Below are positions 37,449 to 48,310 of a stretch of 64,000 nt of DNA, piece by piece. The stretch's first letter is position 1; each line of letters begins with the position of its first letter. A program made the position numbers and the translations under genes. The notes below the pieces were generated by a model. That model made no database searches. It was given only the letters and a program-made list of their open reading frames with translations, and had not been told where the DNA came from. Source of the DNA: Candidatus Latescibacterota bacterium (GTDB taxonomy: Bacteria > Latescibacterota > UBA2968 > GCA-2709665). The stretch lies in the NCBI GenBank assembly GCA_965248435.1, contig OZ252100.1, positions 1,312,001 to 1,376,000 on the forward strand, in the 5' to 3' direction.

Positions 37449-38248
37449 CCGGGACCTCCCGCGTCCAAAACCACCTTCGTGCGAACCAGAACGCCTCGGT
37501 CAGCGAGATAGCGCTTTACATCCGGAATCGAATACTGTCGGAAATGAAAAATGGAAGCTGCCAGTGCGGCGCTCGCCTTTCCCTGATCGAGAACATCGAC
37601 CATGTGCTCCGGACCACCGCATCCCCCAGAGGCCACAATCGGTACGTCCACCCGCTCGGCTACGGTTCGAGTCAGCTCGACATCGTAGCCATCCTTGGTC
37701 CCGTCCGCATCGATGCTGTTCAATACCAGCTCTCCCGCACCTAGATCCACGAGCTCCTCCGCCCATTCCAGCACGTCACGCCCGGTTGGCGTGCGCCCGC
37801 CGTTGATCACGACCTCCCACTTGACTTGCCCCTCTTCGCCCCCACCCCGCCGAATCGCGTCCAGAGAGCCGACGATGGCCTGAGAACCAAAGAAGTCGGA
37901 TCCCTGCGTGATGATCTCGGGGTTCTCGACCGCAGCGGAATTCAACGAGGCCTTTTCGGCTCCACCCTCGATAATCGTCCGGATGTCCTCCAGGGTTCGC
38001 ACGCCTCCCCCGACGGTAAACGGGATAAACACTTCCTCCGAGACGCGTCGAACCAGCTCCCCGACGATGTCTCGCTTCTCTGCGGAGGCCGTGATGTCGT
38101 AGAAGACCAGCTCGTCCGCGCCCTCGGCGTCGTAGCGGCGGGCAAGTTCGACCGGATCACCTGCATCCTTGTCTGCAGAAAACTTCACACCCCGAACGTT
38201 ACGTCCGTTCTTAACGTCAAGGCAGGGAATGACCCGCTTGGCCAGCAT
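37445..38248 (-). CDS. hisF: Imidazole glycerol phosphate synthase cyclase subunit
   Basis: [36 protein letters not shown]. Confidence 0.97.
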   Translation of the reverse strand: MLAKRVIPCLDVKNGRNVRGVKFSADKDAGDPVELARRYDAEGADELVFYDITASAEKRDIVGELVRRVSEEVFIPFTVGGGVRTLEDIRTIIEGGAEKASLNSAAVENPEIITQGSDFFGSQAIVGSLDAIRRGGGEEGQVKWEVVINGGRTPTGRDVLEWAEELVDLGAGELVLNSIDADGTKDGYDVELTRTVAERVDVPIVASGGCGGPEHMVDVLDQGKASAALAASIFHFRQYSIPDVKRYLADRGVLVRTKVVLDAGGPG

Positions 38249-38267
38249 CAGAATATATCCTGACGAA

Positions 38268-38870
38268 TCACGACAACTCAGCGAAATTCTTCAAAAGCCG
38301 GAGGCCCAGGTCCTGGCTCTTCTCCGGGTGAAACTGGATACCGTAGGCGTTGTCCCTGGCCGCGATAGAGGCATAGTCCTTGGTGTAATCGGTCGTCGAA
38401 ACAACATCTCCCTCGATCTCGGGATCCACATAATAGGAATGCACAAAGTAGAAGAACGACTCGGAGGGTATTCCCTCCAGGATCGGACTCTGCTTCCGGA
38501 TGTGGATCTGATTCCATCCGATCTGTGGGACCCGCTCACCCTCGGGAAACCTGCGTACCTTGCCGGGCAGAACATCAAAACCAAGGTGCCTTCCCATCTC
38601 CTCGCTTTCGGAAAAAAGGAGCTGTAGACCCAAACAGATCCCCAGGAACGGGCGCCCTGCGGAAATCGATTTCAATATCGGATCGATCAATCCTCTACGT
38701 TCCAGGTTGGCCATCGCATCACCAAACGCCCCGACTCCCGGCAAGACGATCCGCTCCGCATCGGATACAGAGCTGGGATCGTCCGTGACGGTCGCAGCGT
38801 GTCCGACCCGTTCGAAGGCCTTCTGCACACTCCGAAGGTTTCCCATGCCGTAGTCAACGATTACGATCAC
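38268..38870 (-). CDS. hisH: Imidazole glycerol phosphate synthase glutaminase subunit
   Basis: DYGMGN, LPGVG, GICLG, YFVHSY, QFHPEKS. Confidence 0.97.
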   Translation of the reverse strand: MIVIVDYGMGNLRSVQKAFERVGHAATVTDDPSSVSDAERIVLPGVGAFGDAMANLERRGLIDPILKSISAGRPFLGICLGLQLLFSESEEMGRHLGFDVLPGKVRRFPEGERVPQIGWNQIHIRKQSPILEGIPSESFFYFVHSYYVDPEIEGDVVSTTDYTKDYASIAARDNAYGIQFHPEKSQDLGLRLLKNFAELS

Positions 38871-38871
38871 C

Positions 38872-39708
38872 TCAAGCCCCTAACTCCTTCGAACGCCGCG
38901 TGGCTGCCTCAACAGCTTCGATTACCGCCGATCGGAACCCACCTTGTCCCATCGCCTGAAGCCCCGCGAGTGTCGTGCCCCCTGGAGAAGTCACCCGATC
39001 CCTCAACTCGATCGGGTCTTTGCCGCTTTCCAAAACCATCTTCGCAGACCCGAACACGGTCTGAATCGCGAGCTTCAGGGCGATCTCTTGCGTCAACCCC
39101 GCCTTGACGCCCCCTTCCGCCAGGGCGTCGATCATCTCGTAGACATAAGCCGGACCGCTCCCGGATAGCCCCGTTACCGCGTCCATCTGCTCCTCTCTCA
39201 CCTCCACCGTCTCTCCAACAGACCCGATGACTTCCCGAGCCACACACAGATGTTCTTCCGTCGCGTTTCGGCCCCGGCAGAGCGCCGAGATCGCAGCCCG
39301 AACCTGTGCCAAGATATTCGGCATGACCCGGATCACGGGGACCTTCGCCGTGAACGCACCTTCGATCGCCGATGTGTGCACGCCGGCCATGATGGAGATA
39401 ACGAGCTGCGTGGGCGCCAACAGGGCACTGAACGCCTCTACGACCGACTGCCAGACCTGGGGCTTCACCGCGAGCACAATCACATCGTGGCCGCCCACCA
39501 CCGTCCCCGCCTCCCCGCTGGAATTTATCCCGAATTCCGTTTTGAGCCGCTGCACCAGATCCTCGACGACATCTACTGCCGTGATCCGATCCGGCGGCAG
39601 CAGTCCAGATTGAACCATTCCGGCGACAAGCGCAGATCCCATGTTCCCCGCGCCGATGACGGCAACACCTGTCATCTGATTCGTCTCACCAGCCATAACA
39701 CGATCCAC
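38872..39708 (-). CDS. proC: Pyrroline-5-carboxylate reductase
   Basis: IGAGNMG, LAVKPQ, RVMPN, SGSGPAY, VTSPGGTT. Confidence 0.96.
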   Translation of the reverse strand: MDRVMAGETNQMTGVAVIGAGNMGSALVAGMVQSGLLPPDRITAVDVVEDLVQRLKTEFGINSSGEAGTVVGGHDVIVLAVKPQVWQSVVEAFSALLAPTQLVISIMAGVHTSAIEGAFTAKVPVIRVMPNILAQVRAAISALCRGRNATEEHLCVAREVIGSVGETVEVREEQMDAVTGLSGSGPAYVYEMIDALAEGGVKAGLTQEIALKLAIQTVFGSAKMVLESGKDPIELRDRVTSPGGTTLAGLQAMGQGGFRSAVIEAVEAATRRSKELGA

Positions 39709-39721
39709 TGCACACCACCGC

Positions 39722-40642
39722 TCATACTGGGGTCAGCCATCCGTGTCGGTCCTCCGCCTCTCCGGTGGTGATTGCAAAGAAGGCCTCCTGAAGCGCCTTT
39801 GTGACCGGTCCGCGCTGGCCATCCCCGATCTCGATCTGGTCGATTTTGGCGATAGGCGAAACTTCGGCAGCACTGCCAGTGAAAAACACCTCATCGGCGA
39901 TATACAGAGACTCCCGGGGGATCGGCCGCTGCGTGACCTCATAACCGAGCTCGCGTGCGAGCACGATAACGGAATGCCGGGTAATCCCAGGAAGGATAGA
40001 AGAGCCGGTATCCGGCGTGTAGATCTTGCCGTTCCGTACCATGAAGATATTCTCCCCACCCCCCTCACTCACATAACCCTGAGTATCCAGGGCGATCCCC
40101 TCAACGTATCCGTCGCTCTTCGCCTCCATTTTGATCAACTGAAAATTCATGTAGTTTGAGCCGGCCTTCGCTAAAGCCGGCATGGTATTGGGCGCCAGCC
40201 TGCTCCAGGATGAAAAACGGACCGAAACCCCCTTTTCCAGCGCTTCAGCTCCCAGGTATGCCCCCCATTTCCAGACCGCGATCACGACATCTACCGGGCA
40301 GGCTGTGGGGTCTACGCCCAACTCCCCGTATCCACGGAAGGCAATCGGACGTACGTAGCACGCCTCCAGTTTATTGACCCGGATCGTCTCCAGGCAGGCC
40401 TCAAAGATTTGCTCCTGGCTGTAGGGAATCGGCATCCGATAGATCTTGGCCGAATCGAACAACCGACGAATATGGTCTCCCAGACGAAAGCAGGCGGGGC
40501 CCTGTTTCGTGTCGTAGCACCTCAGCCCTTCAAAAACACTCGACCCGTAGTGTACCACGTGTGAGAGCACGTGGATTTTCGCGTCCGCCCAGTCGACCAT
40601 CTCATTATTGCACCAAATCTTTTCACTCTTCGGAATAGGCAT
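39722..40642 (-). CDS. ilvE: Branched-chain amino acid aminotransferase
   Basis: [34 protein letters not shown]. Confidence 0.95.
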   Translation of the reverse strand: MPIPKSEKIWCNNEMVDWADAKIHVLSHVVHYGSSVFEGLRCYDTKQGPACFRLGDHIRRLFDSAKIYRMPIPYSQEQIFEACLETIRVNKLEACYVRPIAFRGYGELGVDPTACPVDVVIAVWKWGAYLGAEALEKGVSVRFSSWSRLAPNTMPALAKAGSNYMNFQLIKMEAKSDGYVEGIALDTQGYVSEGGGENIFMVRNGKIYTPDTGSSILPGITRHSVIVLARELGYEVTQRPIPRESLYIADEVFFTGSAAEVSPIAKIDQIEIGDGQRGPVTKALQEAFFAITTGEAEDRHGWLTPV

Positions 40643-40682
40643 AGGCTGTCCTCACTCACGAAACGAGTTGAAACCCTTCGTG

Positions 40683-41546
40683 TCAGGCCTCAACGGCCGT
40701 TCCATCTTGGCGATGTTTCAAGCAGAGAAGCTTTTGACAAATCCGTTCGTAATGCTCGACAGAAACCGATTCGGGACGAGCTCGTGGATCTACGTCGGCT
40801 TCCAGGAGCAGATTGTTCAGCACCTCCGCGTCTCCCCCCACAAGGTTTACGATCGTATTTTTCAGCATCTTCCTGCGTTGGTTGAACCCCATTCGCACGA
40901 CCTTGAAAAAGAGCGACTCATCCGTCAACCGGATCGGCGGCTCCTGTTGGAATTCGAGGCTCACGACTGACGAATGGACTTTAGGAGACGGGTCGAACGA
41001 TTCTGGAGCCAGGTCGAAAAGCCGCTCGGGGCGCGTCCTGATCTGGACCGCGATCGACAGAATGCCGTAGTCCTTCACGTTGGGGGGTGACACGATCCTT
41101 TTCGCGACCTCTCGCTGTAGCATCACGATCGCACGTTTCAATACCTGTCTCGAGTCGAGGATCTTTTCAACAACCGTGCCTGTGATGTTGTAGGGCAGGT
41201 TGCCCACGAGAACGGCGCGATCAAACCCCTGGGCGTGAATCAACTCAGAGAAATCCACGTCTAATATATCACGGTTGATGACAAGCAAATTTTCCGAGGC
41301 AGCGAACCTTCGCTGCAGCACTTCGCAGAGCCCGTCGTCCAGCTCGATTCCAACCACGAACGAAGCCTGCTCCAGGAGCAAACCTGTCAGCGCGCCTCGC
41401 CCGGGCCCGATCTCCAGGACCAGATCTGTCGGATGAATTCCTGCCGAGGCTACGATGCGTACCGCAGCCGAACTATCCTTCAGAAAGTGCTGCCCGAGGC
41501 GCTTCCTGGCCCTTGTTCTCCTGGTGCCGTTATCGATCGAGCGCAT
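40683..41546 (-). CDS. rsmA: 16S rRNA dimethyladenosine transferase
   Basis: LGQHFL, EIGPG.G, GNLPYNI, QREVA.R, P.PKV.S. Confidence 0.96.
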   Translation of the reverse strand: MRSIDNGTRRTRARKRLGQHFLKDSSAAVRIVASAGIHPTDLVLEIGPGRGALTGLLLEQASFVVGIELDDGLCEVLQRRFAASENLLVINRDILDVDFSELIHAQGFDRAVLVGNLPYNITGTVVEKILDSRQVLKRAIVMLQREVAKRIVSPPNVKDYGILSIAVQIRTRPERLFDLAPESFDPSPKVHSSVVSLEFQQEPPIRLTDESLFFKVVRMGFNQRRKMLKNTIVNLVGGDAEVLNNLLLEADVDPRARPESVSVEHYERICQKLLCLKHRQDGTAVEA

Positions 41547-42312
41547 CGTCGGGTATTCCGTAAAGCCGAAGCGCGTTTTGCGTCGTCCGCCGAAATAAGT
41601 CCTCAGCCTGTTCGTGCATCTCTCCAGCTAGGAATTCGGCGATGGTGCGAACATACGCCGGCTCGTTCCGCTGTCCGCGGTAGGGTTGAGGGGCCAGGTA
41701 AGGAGCATCGGTCTCCAGGACCACACGATCGGAACTGACTTTCAATGCCAACGAAAGAGACGCTGACTTCCGATATGTGATCGAGCCCCCGAATCCGATA
41801 AAAAAGCCCAGATCGATACCCCTTTTCGCCTGGTCGAGATCGCCACCAAAGCAGTGCAGGACGCCTCCGACCTCACCCGCCCCCTCCTCTTCCAGGACAT
41901 CCATTACGCGATCCTCGGCCGCACGGCTGTGCACGACCATCGGGAGACCCGTATCTCGGGACAGTCTAATATGCCTGCGAAAACTATCTTCCTGCAAATC
42001 TCTGGGCGAATAGTCTCTGAAAAAGTCGAGCCCGGTCTCCCCGACGGCAACAACCTTCTCGTGAGAGAGGAGGGCCGGGAGTTCTCTGAATCCCTGTTCA
42101 TCCACTTTTTCCACATCGTGAGGATGAAACCCCGCCGTAGCGAAAACAGATGCGAACTGCTCCGCCAGGATCGCCGCCTCTCGGCTGACCGCCGCATCGG
42201 TGCCTATGTTCACGATCAGGGTGACGCCAGCCAGCCGCGCTCGCTCGATCGTCTCTTCTCTATCCTCTGAAAATTGAGGGAAATTCAGATGCGCGTGCGT
42301 GTCAACAAGCAT
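41530..42312 (-). CDS. tatD: TatD family hydrolase
   Basis: DTHAH, GETGLD, HSR, HCF, ETDAPYL.P. Confidence 0.94.
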   Translation of the reverse strand: MLVDTHAHLNFPQFSEDREETIERARLAGVTLIVNIGTDAAVSREAAILAEQFASVFATAGFHPHDVEKVDEQGFRELPALLSHEKVVAVGETGLDFFRDYSPRDLQEDSFRRHIRLSRDTGLPMVVHSRAAEDRVMDVLEEEGAGEVGGVLHCFGGDLDQAKRGIDLGFFIGFGGSITYRKSASLSLALKVSSDRVVLETDAPYLAPQPYRGQRNEPAYVRTIAEFLAGEMHEQAEDLFRRTTQNALRLYGIPDDALDR

Positions 42313-42320
42313 GTTTCCGC

Positions 42321-44249
42321 TCAGCTTACTGCTGTGCCATCGGTTACTTCGGAATCGGGCTGAAGCAGGACCGGGTGCCCTTCTTCTGTAGCCGCAAGGA
42401 GCATGCCCTCTGATTCGACCCCGCGTATCTTGGCAGGCTCAAGGTTGGCCACGACCACAATCTGGCGACCGATCAGAGACTCCGGCTCGTAATGCTGCGC
42501 GATGCCGGCAACGAGCTGACGGCTTTCATCTCCCAGGCTGACCTCGAGCCGGAGGAGCCGGTCCGCCCCCTCAACCCTCTCCGCCGCCTTGATCCGGGCG
42601 ATTCGCAGCTTGAGCTTCTGAAAATCCTTGAACGAAACGGAGTCGTCGTGCTCTGTCGACATCGTCTGCTCCTTCTCGATTTGTTCGGTCGAATCCGACG
42701 GCGCTGTATCCGATTCTGTTTCGATTCGGGGGAAGATCGGTCCGGCCGGCTTCACCTTCCCGCCCGCCTCGAGCCCCCCCCAGCATCTCAGACCAGACAG
42801 ACGTTGATCTTCCAGGCGACCCTGAACACCGGCCTGGTTCCAAATCTCGTGCGATTTTTCGGGCATGACAGGGTAAAGCAGGACGGCCAGATATCTCATG
42901 GTCTCCAACAGCCCGTAGATCGTCCCCTCCAGCTCCTGGCGCCCAGCCGGATCCTTCGCCAGATTCCAGGGCGCCTGCGACTCCGCGAACCGATTGCCCG
43001 ACCTCACAAGCTCCCAAATCTTGTCCAGGATCCCGTTGGGGTTCAGATCCCTCAGACAACGCTCGATCTCGTCCACCGCACTGAGAGCGGCGTCTCTCAG
43101 GGGCGCAAGCAGCGGGACGTCGGGCTCGACGGTGGGCACCTCTCCATCAAGATAGCGGGTGGTCATCAGGACGGTCCGGTTCAGAAGATTGCCCAGGTCA
43201 TTCGCGAGTTCTGCATTAAACCGATGGACGAAGGCCGCCTCGCTGAAGTCGCTATCCAGCCCCAGCACCATCTCGCGAGCAAGGAAATACCGGAAGGCAT
43301 CCACACCGTATTTGTCGACAAGGTCCATAGGCCGAACCACGTTTCCCAACGACTTAGACATCTTCTCCTGCTCAAAGATCCACCAGCCGTGAGCGACGAT
43401 GGTTTCTGGAATAGGAAGCCCGATCGCCTTTAGCATCGTGGGCCAGTAGACGCAGTGCGTGGTCACGATATCTTTTCCGATCAGATGGCAGGAGGCAGGC
43501 CACCATCGGCTGAATTCCTCATCTTCGCTCAGATAGCCTGGCACAGTGATGTAATTGATGAGGGCGTCGAACCAGACGTAGCACACATAATCCTCATCGA
43601 AAGGAAGCGGGATACCCCAGGACAACCTTGCCTTCGGCCGAGAAATGCAGAGATCCGAGAGCGGCTTCCTTAAAAATCCCAGGACTTCGTTCCGGCGTGT
43701 CTCTGGACGAATAAAATTTGGATGCGATTCAATATAGTCGACAAGCCACTCTTGATAGGCACTCATCCTGAAAAAATAGTTCTTCTCCGAGATCTTCGTG
43801 ACTTCTCGGCCGCATTCAGGACAGTTGCCGTTCACCAGGTCCTTCTCGGTCCAGAAGCGCTCGTCGGGGATGCAGTACCAACCCTCATAGTTGCCCGCAT
43901 AGACTTCCCCGGCATCGTAAATGCGTTGAAGGATTTCCGTCACAACGCCCTTGTGCCTGGGTTCCGTCGTGCGAATGAAGTCGTCGTTCGAAATGTTGAG
44001 CTTTTCCCATAGCGACTGAAACCGCAAGACCATTTCATCGCAATGCGCTTGAGGGTCCACCCCGCGCTTCCTTGCGGCCTCGTCTACTTTCTGACCGTGT
44101 TCATCCGTACCCGTCGAAAAAAGCACGTCATACCCCGCGACTCGGTAGTAGCGTGCGAGCACATCTGCGAGAATCGTCGGGTAGGCAGTCCCAACGTGCG
44201 GCTCGTCATTCACGTAATAGATCGGAGTTGTGATGTAAAACTTTTCCAT
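42321..44249 (-). CDS. metG: Methionine--tRNA ligase with C-terminal tRNA-binding domain
   Basis: YITTPIYY, GTDEHG, YVWFDAL, KMSKS, OB-fold C-terminus. Confidence 0.97.
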   Translation of the reverse strand: MEKFYITTPIYYVNDEPHVGTAYPTILADVLARYYRVAGYDVLFSTGTDEHGQKVDEAARKRGVDPQAHCDEMVLRFQSLWEKLNISNDDFIRTTEPRHKGVVTEILQRIYDAGEVYAGNYEGWYCIPDERFWTEKDLVNGNCPECGREVTKISEKNYFFRMSAYQEWLVDYIESHPNFIRPETRRNEVLGFLRKPLSDLCISRPKARLSWGIPLPFDEDYVCYVWFDALINYITVPGYLSEDEEFSRWWPASCHLIGKDIVTTHCVYWPTMLKAIGLPIPETIVAHGWWIFEQEKMSKSLGNVVRPMDLVDKYGVDAFRYFLAREMVLGLDSDFSEAAFVHRFNAELANDLGNLLNRTVLMTTRYLDGEVPTVEPDVPLLAPLRDAALSAVDEIERCLRDLNPNGILDKIWELVRSGNRFAESQAPWNLAKDPAGRQELEGTIYGLLETMRYLAVLLYPVMPEKSHEIWNQAGVQGRLEDQRLSGLRCWGGLEAGGKVKPAGPIFPRIETESDTAPSDSTEQIEKEQTMSTEHDDSVSFKDFQKLKLRIARIKAAERVEGADRLLRLEVSLGDESRQLVAGIAQHYEPESLIGRQIVVVANLEPAKIRGVESEGMLLAATEEGHPVLLQPDSEVTDGTAVS

Positions 44250-44259
44250 GCAACCACCC

Positions 44260-45336
44260 CTAGGCGGAACTGGCCGTGTGGCTTCTCACGCTCCGCCATA
44301 GCGAAACCAGCCCCAGGTGCAGATTCACGTGTCTCCGGCTCTTCTCCCTCAGGGCCTCGATCATCTCGAAGGTTCGCGTGATCGTTTCGGTGTCGAAGGC
44401 TTTCGATAATTCCCGAATTTCTTCACCTTTTTTGAAATGTGAAACCTGTTCCTGGTTCTCGTTCAGAACCAGGAACACATCCCGCAGCCAGAGCTCAGCC
44501 CCCTCCAGAACCTGCCAGACAGCCTGTCGATCCCGAGACAGGTTCTCGAGGGCTGTGTAGGTTGGAAACTCTTCTCCCCAAATCAGAGCGTGCAAAAACC
44601 GATAAGACCGGTCCTGTGCCTCCTGAAAATCTCCGTCGACCATTTCCCGAGCACGCCTGAAACTCCCTCCACACGCACGAGCAACAAACCGCGCCGTTTC
44701 AGCTTCGCCACCTTCCTGTGAGATGAGGGCAGCCTCAACCTCCTGGCTGGAGAGTTGCGAAAACTTCAGATACTGGCACCGAGAAACGATCGTCGGGAGC
44801 AGTGCTTCGAGATTGGACGCCGTGAGAATCAGCAAGCAGCGATCGTGAGGTTCCTCAAGCGTCTTGAGCAGAGCGTTCCCGGCTTCCGGCCGCATCTGAT
44901 CGGCGTGCAATATCACCGATGTTCGCCACTTTCCTTCGTAGGCCCCGTATGAGAACTGCTTTTGAATGCTGCGAATGCGTTCAATGGAAATCGTATGGCC
45001 TTCATCGGGAAGCGGATACCCGTAGGGATCTTCTATCACCTGCTGGGTAAGCGCGTGGTTCGCATCGAGTTCTTTTCGCGCAGGCATCGGAAACAGAACC
45101 GAAAAATCCGGGTGATTCAAGGCCTTCGTTTTTCGGCATCCCTTGCAGGACTCGCACGCCCCCAGACCGCCGCCATGCTCACAATGAAGCGCACGCCCCA
45201 TCTCTATCGCGGCTGCAGCCTTGCCCGTACCCGTTGGCCCAAAAAGAAGAAGGCTATGAGGTGTCCTCCCCTTTTGAATGAGATTCTGGAGAAAGGATAC
45301 CCCACGCCTCTGGCCGACGACGCGTGTCCTAAACAT
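44260..45336 (-). CDS. holB: DNA polymerase III subunit delta-prime
   Basis: GPTGTGK, C..C..C Zn cluster, NHPD, NALLKTLEEP, TIVSRC; likely start ATG 45336. Confidence 0.9.
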   Translation of the reverse strand: MFRTRVVGQRRGVSFLQNLIQKGRTPHSLLLFGPTGTGKAAAAIEMGRALHCEHGGGLGACESCKGCRKTKALNHPDFSVLFPMPARKELDANHALTQQVIEDPYGYPLPDEGHTISIERIRSIQKQFSYGAYEGKWRTSVILHADQMRPEAGNALLKTLEEPHDRCLLILTASNLEALLPTIVSRCQYLKFSQLSSQEVEAALISQEGGEAETARFVARACGGSFRRAREMVDGDFQEAQDRSYRFLHALIWGEEFPTYTALENLSRDRQAVWQVLEGAELWLRDVFLVLNENQEQVSHFKKGEEIRELSKAFDTETITRTFEMIEALREKSRRHVNLHLGLVSLWRSVRSHTASSA

Positions 45337-45423
45337 GGCCTCTCTCAACCTGTGCGTTCGAAAAAGCCGTTGGAACGGATAGATCCCAACGGCTCCATTT
45401 CCAGAGACCGATTTCGTATCGCA

Positions 45424-45452
45424 ATGATAACGGGAAACCCCAATCTTGTCAA
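45424..45452 (-). promoter_or_regulatory. sigma70-type promoter heading the holB-to-PBP1A gene run
   Basis: TTGACA-17-TATCAT. Confidence 0.7.
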
Positions 45453-45466
45453 GCCTTTTTGGGCTT

Positions 45467-46006
45467 CTAACCACTGGAAAGTGAACGATTTGCGAGCCAT
45501 TCCGAAAGCACCCCGTAAAGGGCCTTGACCATGACGAAGGCGTCCTCTTTCGGCTTGCTATAATAATCCTTCCGAATCGCAACCGTCTGGAAGCCGGCCT
45601 TTCGATAGAGCGAAATCGCCGATAAGTTGGAGACGCGGACCTCCAGAGTGGCGACGCGGGCTGTCCGCTCCTTGATATGCTCCAGCAGTACGTTCAAAAA
45701 CAGCGTACCCATTCCCCGATTCTGACGATCGGGATGAACCGCGAAGTCAGCCAGATGGAACTCATCCTTCGAGAAAAACCCGACGGAGTAGCCGACCATG
45801 CCCCCATCCACAACAGGCACAAGGCAGAGACTTCCAGGCCTGGCCATGGCGTTCCGAAAATCCTCCCCATGCCACGGATTCGAAAAGACCCTGCGTTCGA
45901 TCTCCAGCACATAGTCCAGGTGCTCCTCGTTCATCTCGTCCAGGTCAAGGGAGACGCTAGGCATCTCGTGCCCGTTCCCGGCCGTCTCCGAGATTGGATC
46001 ATTCAT
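45467..46006 (-). CDS. rimI: Ribosomal protein S18 alanine acetyltransferase
   Basis: IE...F..PW, AVHP..Q..G.G, LEVRVSN..A..LY...GF..R..YY. Confidence 0.92.
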   Translation of the reverse strand: MNDPISETAGNGHEMPSVSLDLDEMNEEHLDYVLEIERRVFSNPWHGEDFRNAMARPGSLCLVPVVDGGMVGYSVGFFSKDEFHLADFAVHPDRQNRGMGTLFLNVLLEHIKERTARVATLEVRVSNLSAISLYRKAGFQTVAIRKDYYSKPKEDAFVMVKALYGVLSEWLANRSLSSG

Positions 46007-46693
46007 TCAGAACGCCTCCCAGACCTGCGTGCCTCGCGATCGCATCAAATAGTTGGGCTCTGCGCCCGAGAGATCGGAGATGTCTCCATCTCTCAGGCGG
46101 CCTGCACCCAGGATCGCGATGGGTCCCGCTTCGGGACCCTCGAACGGCTCGCGGACAAACCGGGCCTCCTGACCCAACACGCGTTTTATCTCGCCACGAT
46201 ATTGTAAGGCTCCAGGCCCCGCACAAAATACCGGTCTGGGAAAATCATTGAGCACGTCCTCAAGCGGGCGGGCAGAATCCTCGACAAGGCAAGTGAGTTC
46301 GCCCTTCTGCCAGCCGTAGAGGCCGACATAGACCTCGCCTCTGTAAGCATCCAGCATACTGCATATCGGGAGACCCACATCCGGTGCTCTGAATGCCAGG
46401 CCCTCCAGCGTGGAGATCGTCAAGAGCGGAAGCGAGGCCCCGAGACACAGCCCCTTTGCAGCCCCCATTCCGATCCGCAGACCGGTAAAAGAGCCGGGCC
46501 CGACCGAAACGGCCACACCGTCCAGATCCCTGGGACGGAGCCCCGTATCCTCGAGGACTCGTCGTGTCAACTCCAGCAATCGCTCCGAGTGAAGGGGTCC
46601 CAGATTTTGGGAGCAATGGGCCAGGATCCGATCGGAATCTGAGATCGCCACGCTGCAGATCTGGGTCGCCGTTTCAATTCCAAGGATGCGCAT
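46007..46693 (-). CDS. tsaB: tRNA t6A biosynthesis protein TsaB
   Basis: LGIETAT, HSE.L, GPGSFTGLRIG, DAYRGEVY, P.Y.R. Confidence 0.95.
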   Translation of the reverse strand: MRILGIETATQICSVAISDSDRILAHCSQNLGPLHSERLLELTRRVLEDTGLRPRDLDGVAVSVGPGSFTGLRIGMGAAKGLCLGASLPLLTISTLEGLAFRAPDVGLPICSMLDAYRGEVYVGLYGWQKGELTCLVEDSARPLEDVLNDFPRPVFCAGPGALQYRGEIKRVLGQEARFVREPFEGPEAGPIAILGAGRLRDGDISDLSGAEPNYLMRSRGTQVWEAF

Positions 46694-46703
46694 TGCTCAA
46701 AGA

Positions 46704-47726
46704 CTATAGGAAACGCAGTTGATCAGCTTCAGGGATCTCCAGGCCCAGATGCAGATAGGCCTTCTTCGTCGCCTGCCGCCCACGGGATGTCCGAAGCAAG
46801 TAGCCCTCCTGAATCAGGAACGGCTCGTAAACTTCCTCAATCGTGTCCATCTCCTCGCCGATCGCTGCCGAGAGGTTGTTCAGCCCGACAGGTCCCCCGC
46901 CGAACTTCTCGATCATCGTGGAAAGGAGACGGCGGTCCATCTCGTCCAGCCCACTTTCATCGATATCCAGCAGGTCCAGTGCCTTGACGGCCACATCCAC
47001 GGTAATCACGCCATCCGCACGGGCCAGTGCATAGTCCCGCGCTCTGGCCAGCAATCGAATGGCCACCCTAGCCGTGAAACGTGCGCGCTTCGCGATCTCT
47101 GCCGCACCTTCCGGCTCAATCTCGATATTCAGAATTCGCGCCGAACGCTTGACAATCTCTCCCAGTTCCTCTCCTGAATAAAAGTCAACCCGTTCGATGA
47201 TCCCGAACCGGGACCGCAGCGGCGCAGTCAACAGACCGAATCGAGTCGTGGCGCCGACAAGAGTGAACTTCTCCAATGGAATCCGATACGAGCGTGCGTT
47301 CGGACCGCTGTCGATCATAATGTCCAGACTGAAGTCTTCCATCGCTGAATAGAGATGTTCTTCAACGATCCGGTTCATCCGGTGGATCTCATCTATGAAC
47401 AGGACATCGCTCTCACCGAGGTTGGTCAGGATCCCCGCAAGATCGGCAGCACGTTCCAGGACGGGGCCGGATGTCACGGAGACCTGCACGTCCAGTTCAC
47501 GCGCGATCACGTGTGCAAGCGTTGTCTTCCCAAGTCCGGGCGGCCCATAAAGCAGCGTGTGGTCCATGGCCTCACCCCGTTGCAGGGACGCATCAACGGC
47601 AATCCGAAGCTTTTCCTTGACCTTTTCTTGACCGAACATCTGGTCGAAACGGGCAGGACGCAGCCTCTCTTCGGCTTCGAACTCGTCTTCTTGGCTGATC
47701 TTCGGATCGGTGATGCGCTCAACCAT
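46704..47726 (-). CDS. ruvB: Holliday junction helicase RuvB
   Basis: [31 protein letters not shown]. Confidence 0.97.
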   Translation of the reverse strand: MVERITDPKISQEDEFEAEERLRPARFDQMFGQEKVKEKLRIAVDASLQRGEAMDHTLLYGPPGLGKTTLAHVIARELDVQVSVTSGPVLERAADLAGILTNLGESDVLFIDEIHRMNRIVEEHLYSAMEDFSLDIMIDSGPNARSYRIPLEKFTLVGATTRFGLLTAPLRSRFGIIERVDFYSGEELGEIVKRSARILNIEIEPEGAAEIAKRARFTARVAIRLLARARDYALARADGVITVDVAVKALDLLDIDESGLDEMDRRLLSTMIEKFGGGPVGLNNLSAAIGEEMDTIEEVYEPFLIQEGYLLRTSRGRQATKKAYLHLGLEIPEADQLRFL

Positions 47727-47743
47727 CGCGAGGGCTCTTTGGA

Positions 47744-48310
47744 TCAGATGCGCTTCAGGGCTCGTCGAATAACCTCTTCAACACCAGCGCCGTCCACATC
47801 GGCCTGAATGACGTCTTGCACAGCCCGGCGCGCCTGTAGAGGACTGGCTCCAAGACCGACCAATGCGGCCATGGCCTCCTCGAGTTGGTCGGGCGTCTCC
47901 AGCAGGGGCTGCGAAACTCTATCTTTTAGCTCAACCATGAGCCTCCGTGCCAGCTTTGGGCCGATTCCTTTGATGCTCGTCAGCCCATTTGCGTCTTCAG
48001 AGGCGATCAGTCGTTCAAACCTCTCCACCGGCACTCCGGAAAGGATGTTCAACGCCATCGGAGGACCAATGCCTGAGACTGTGATCAGTATTTGGAAAAG
48101 AGATCGCTCGGCCTGAGTGGAAAATCCATAGAGCATCAGCGCGTCCTCTCGGACGTGGAGATGCGTCAAGATCTTTACCATCGTCCCGACTTTCAAATCC
48201 GGATCGTAGCTCGACAGAGGAATCCGCACGGTCAGACCTATGCCGCCGACCTCGACGACCATGTGGGTTGGCCCCTTTTCTCCCAGCTTTCCGAGCAAAT
48301 AGGAGATCAT
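47744..48310 (-). CDS. ruvA: Holliday junction binding protein RuvA
   Basis: [29 protein letters not shown]...EL. Confidence 0.95.
   Translation of the reverse strand: MISYLLGKLGEKGPTHMVVEVGGIGLTVRIPLSSYDPDLKVGTMVKILTHLHVREDALMLYGFSTQAERSLFQILITVSGIGPPMALNILSGVPVERFERLIASEDANGLTSIKGIGPKLARRLMVELKDRVSQPLLETPDQLEEAMAALVGLGASPLQARRAVQDVIQADVDGAGVEEVIRRALKRI

Noticed and set aside
35222-37511. 340-aa and 293-aa plus-strand ORFs
   Set aside because: Antisense to proB and aroF; expected from GC-rich codon bias.
42492-43433. 313-aa plus-strand ORF
   Set aside because: Antisense shadow of metG.
44260-45582. Long N-terminal extensions in track ORFs (holB; likewise glnA, hisI, PBP1A, bpsA)
   Set aside because: Extensions overlap neighbouring genes or promoters; downstream ATGs give family-typical starts.
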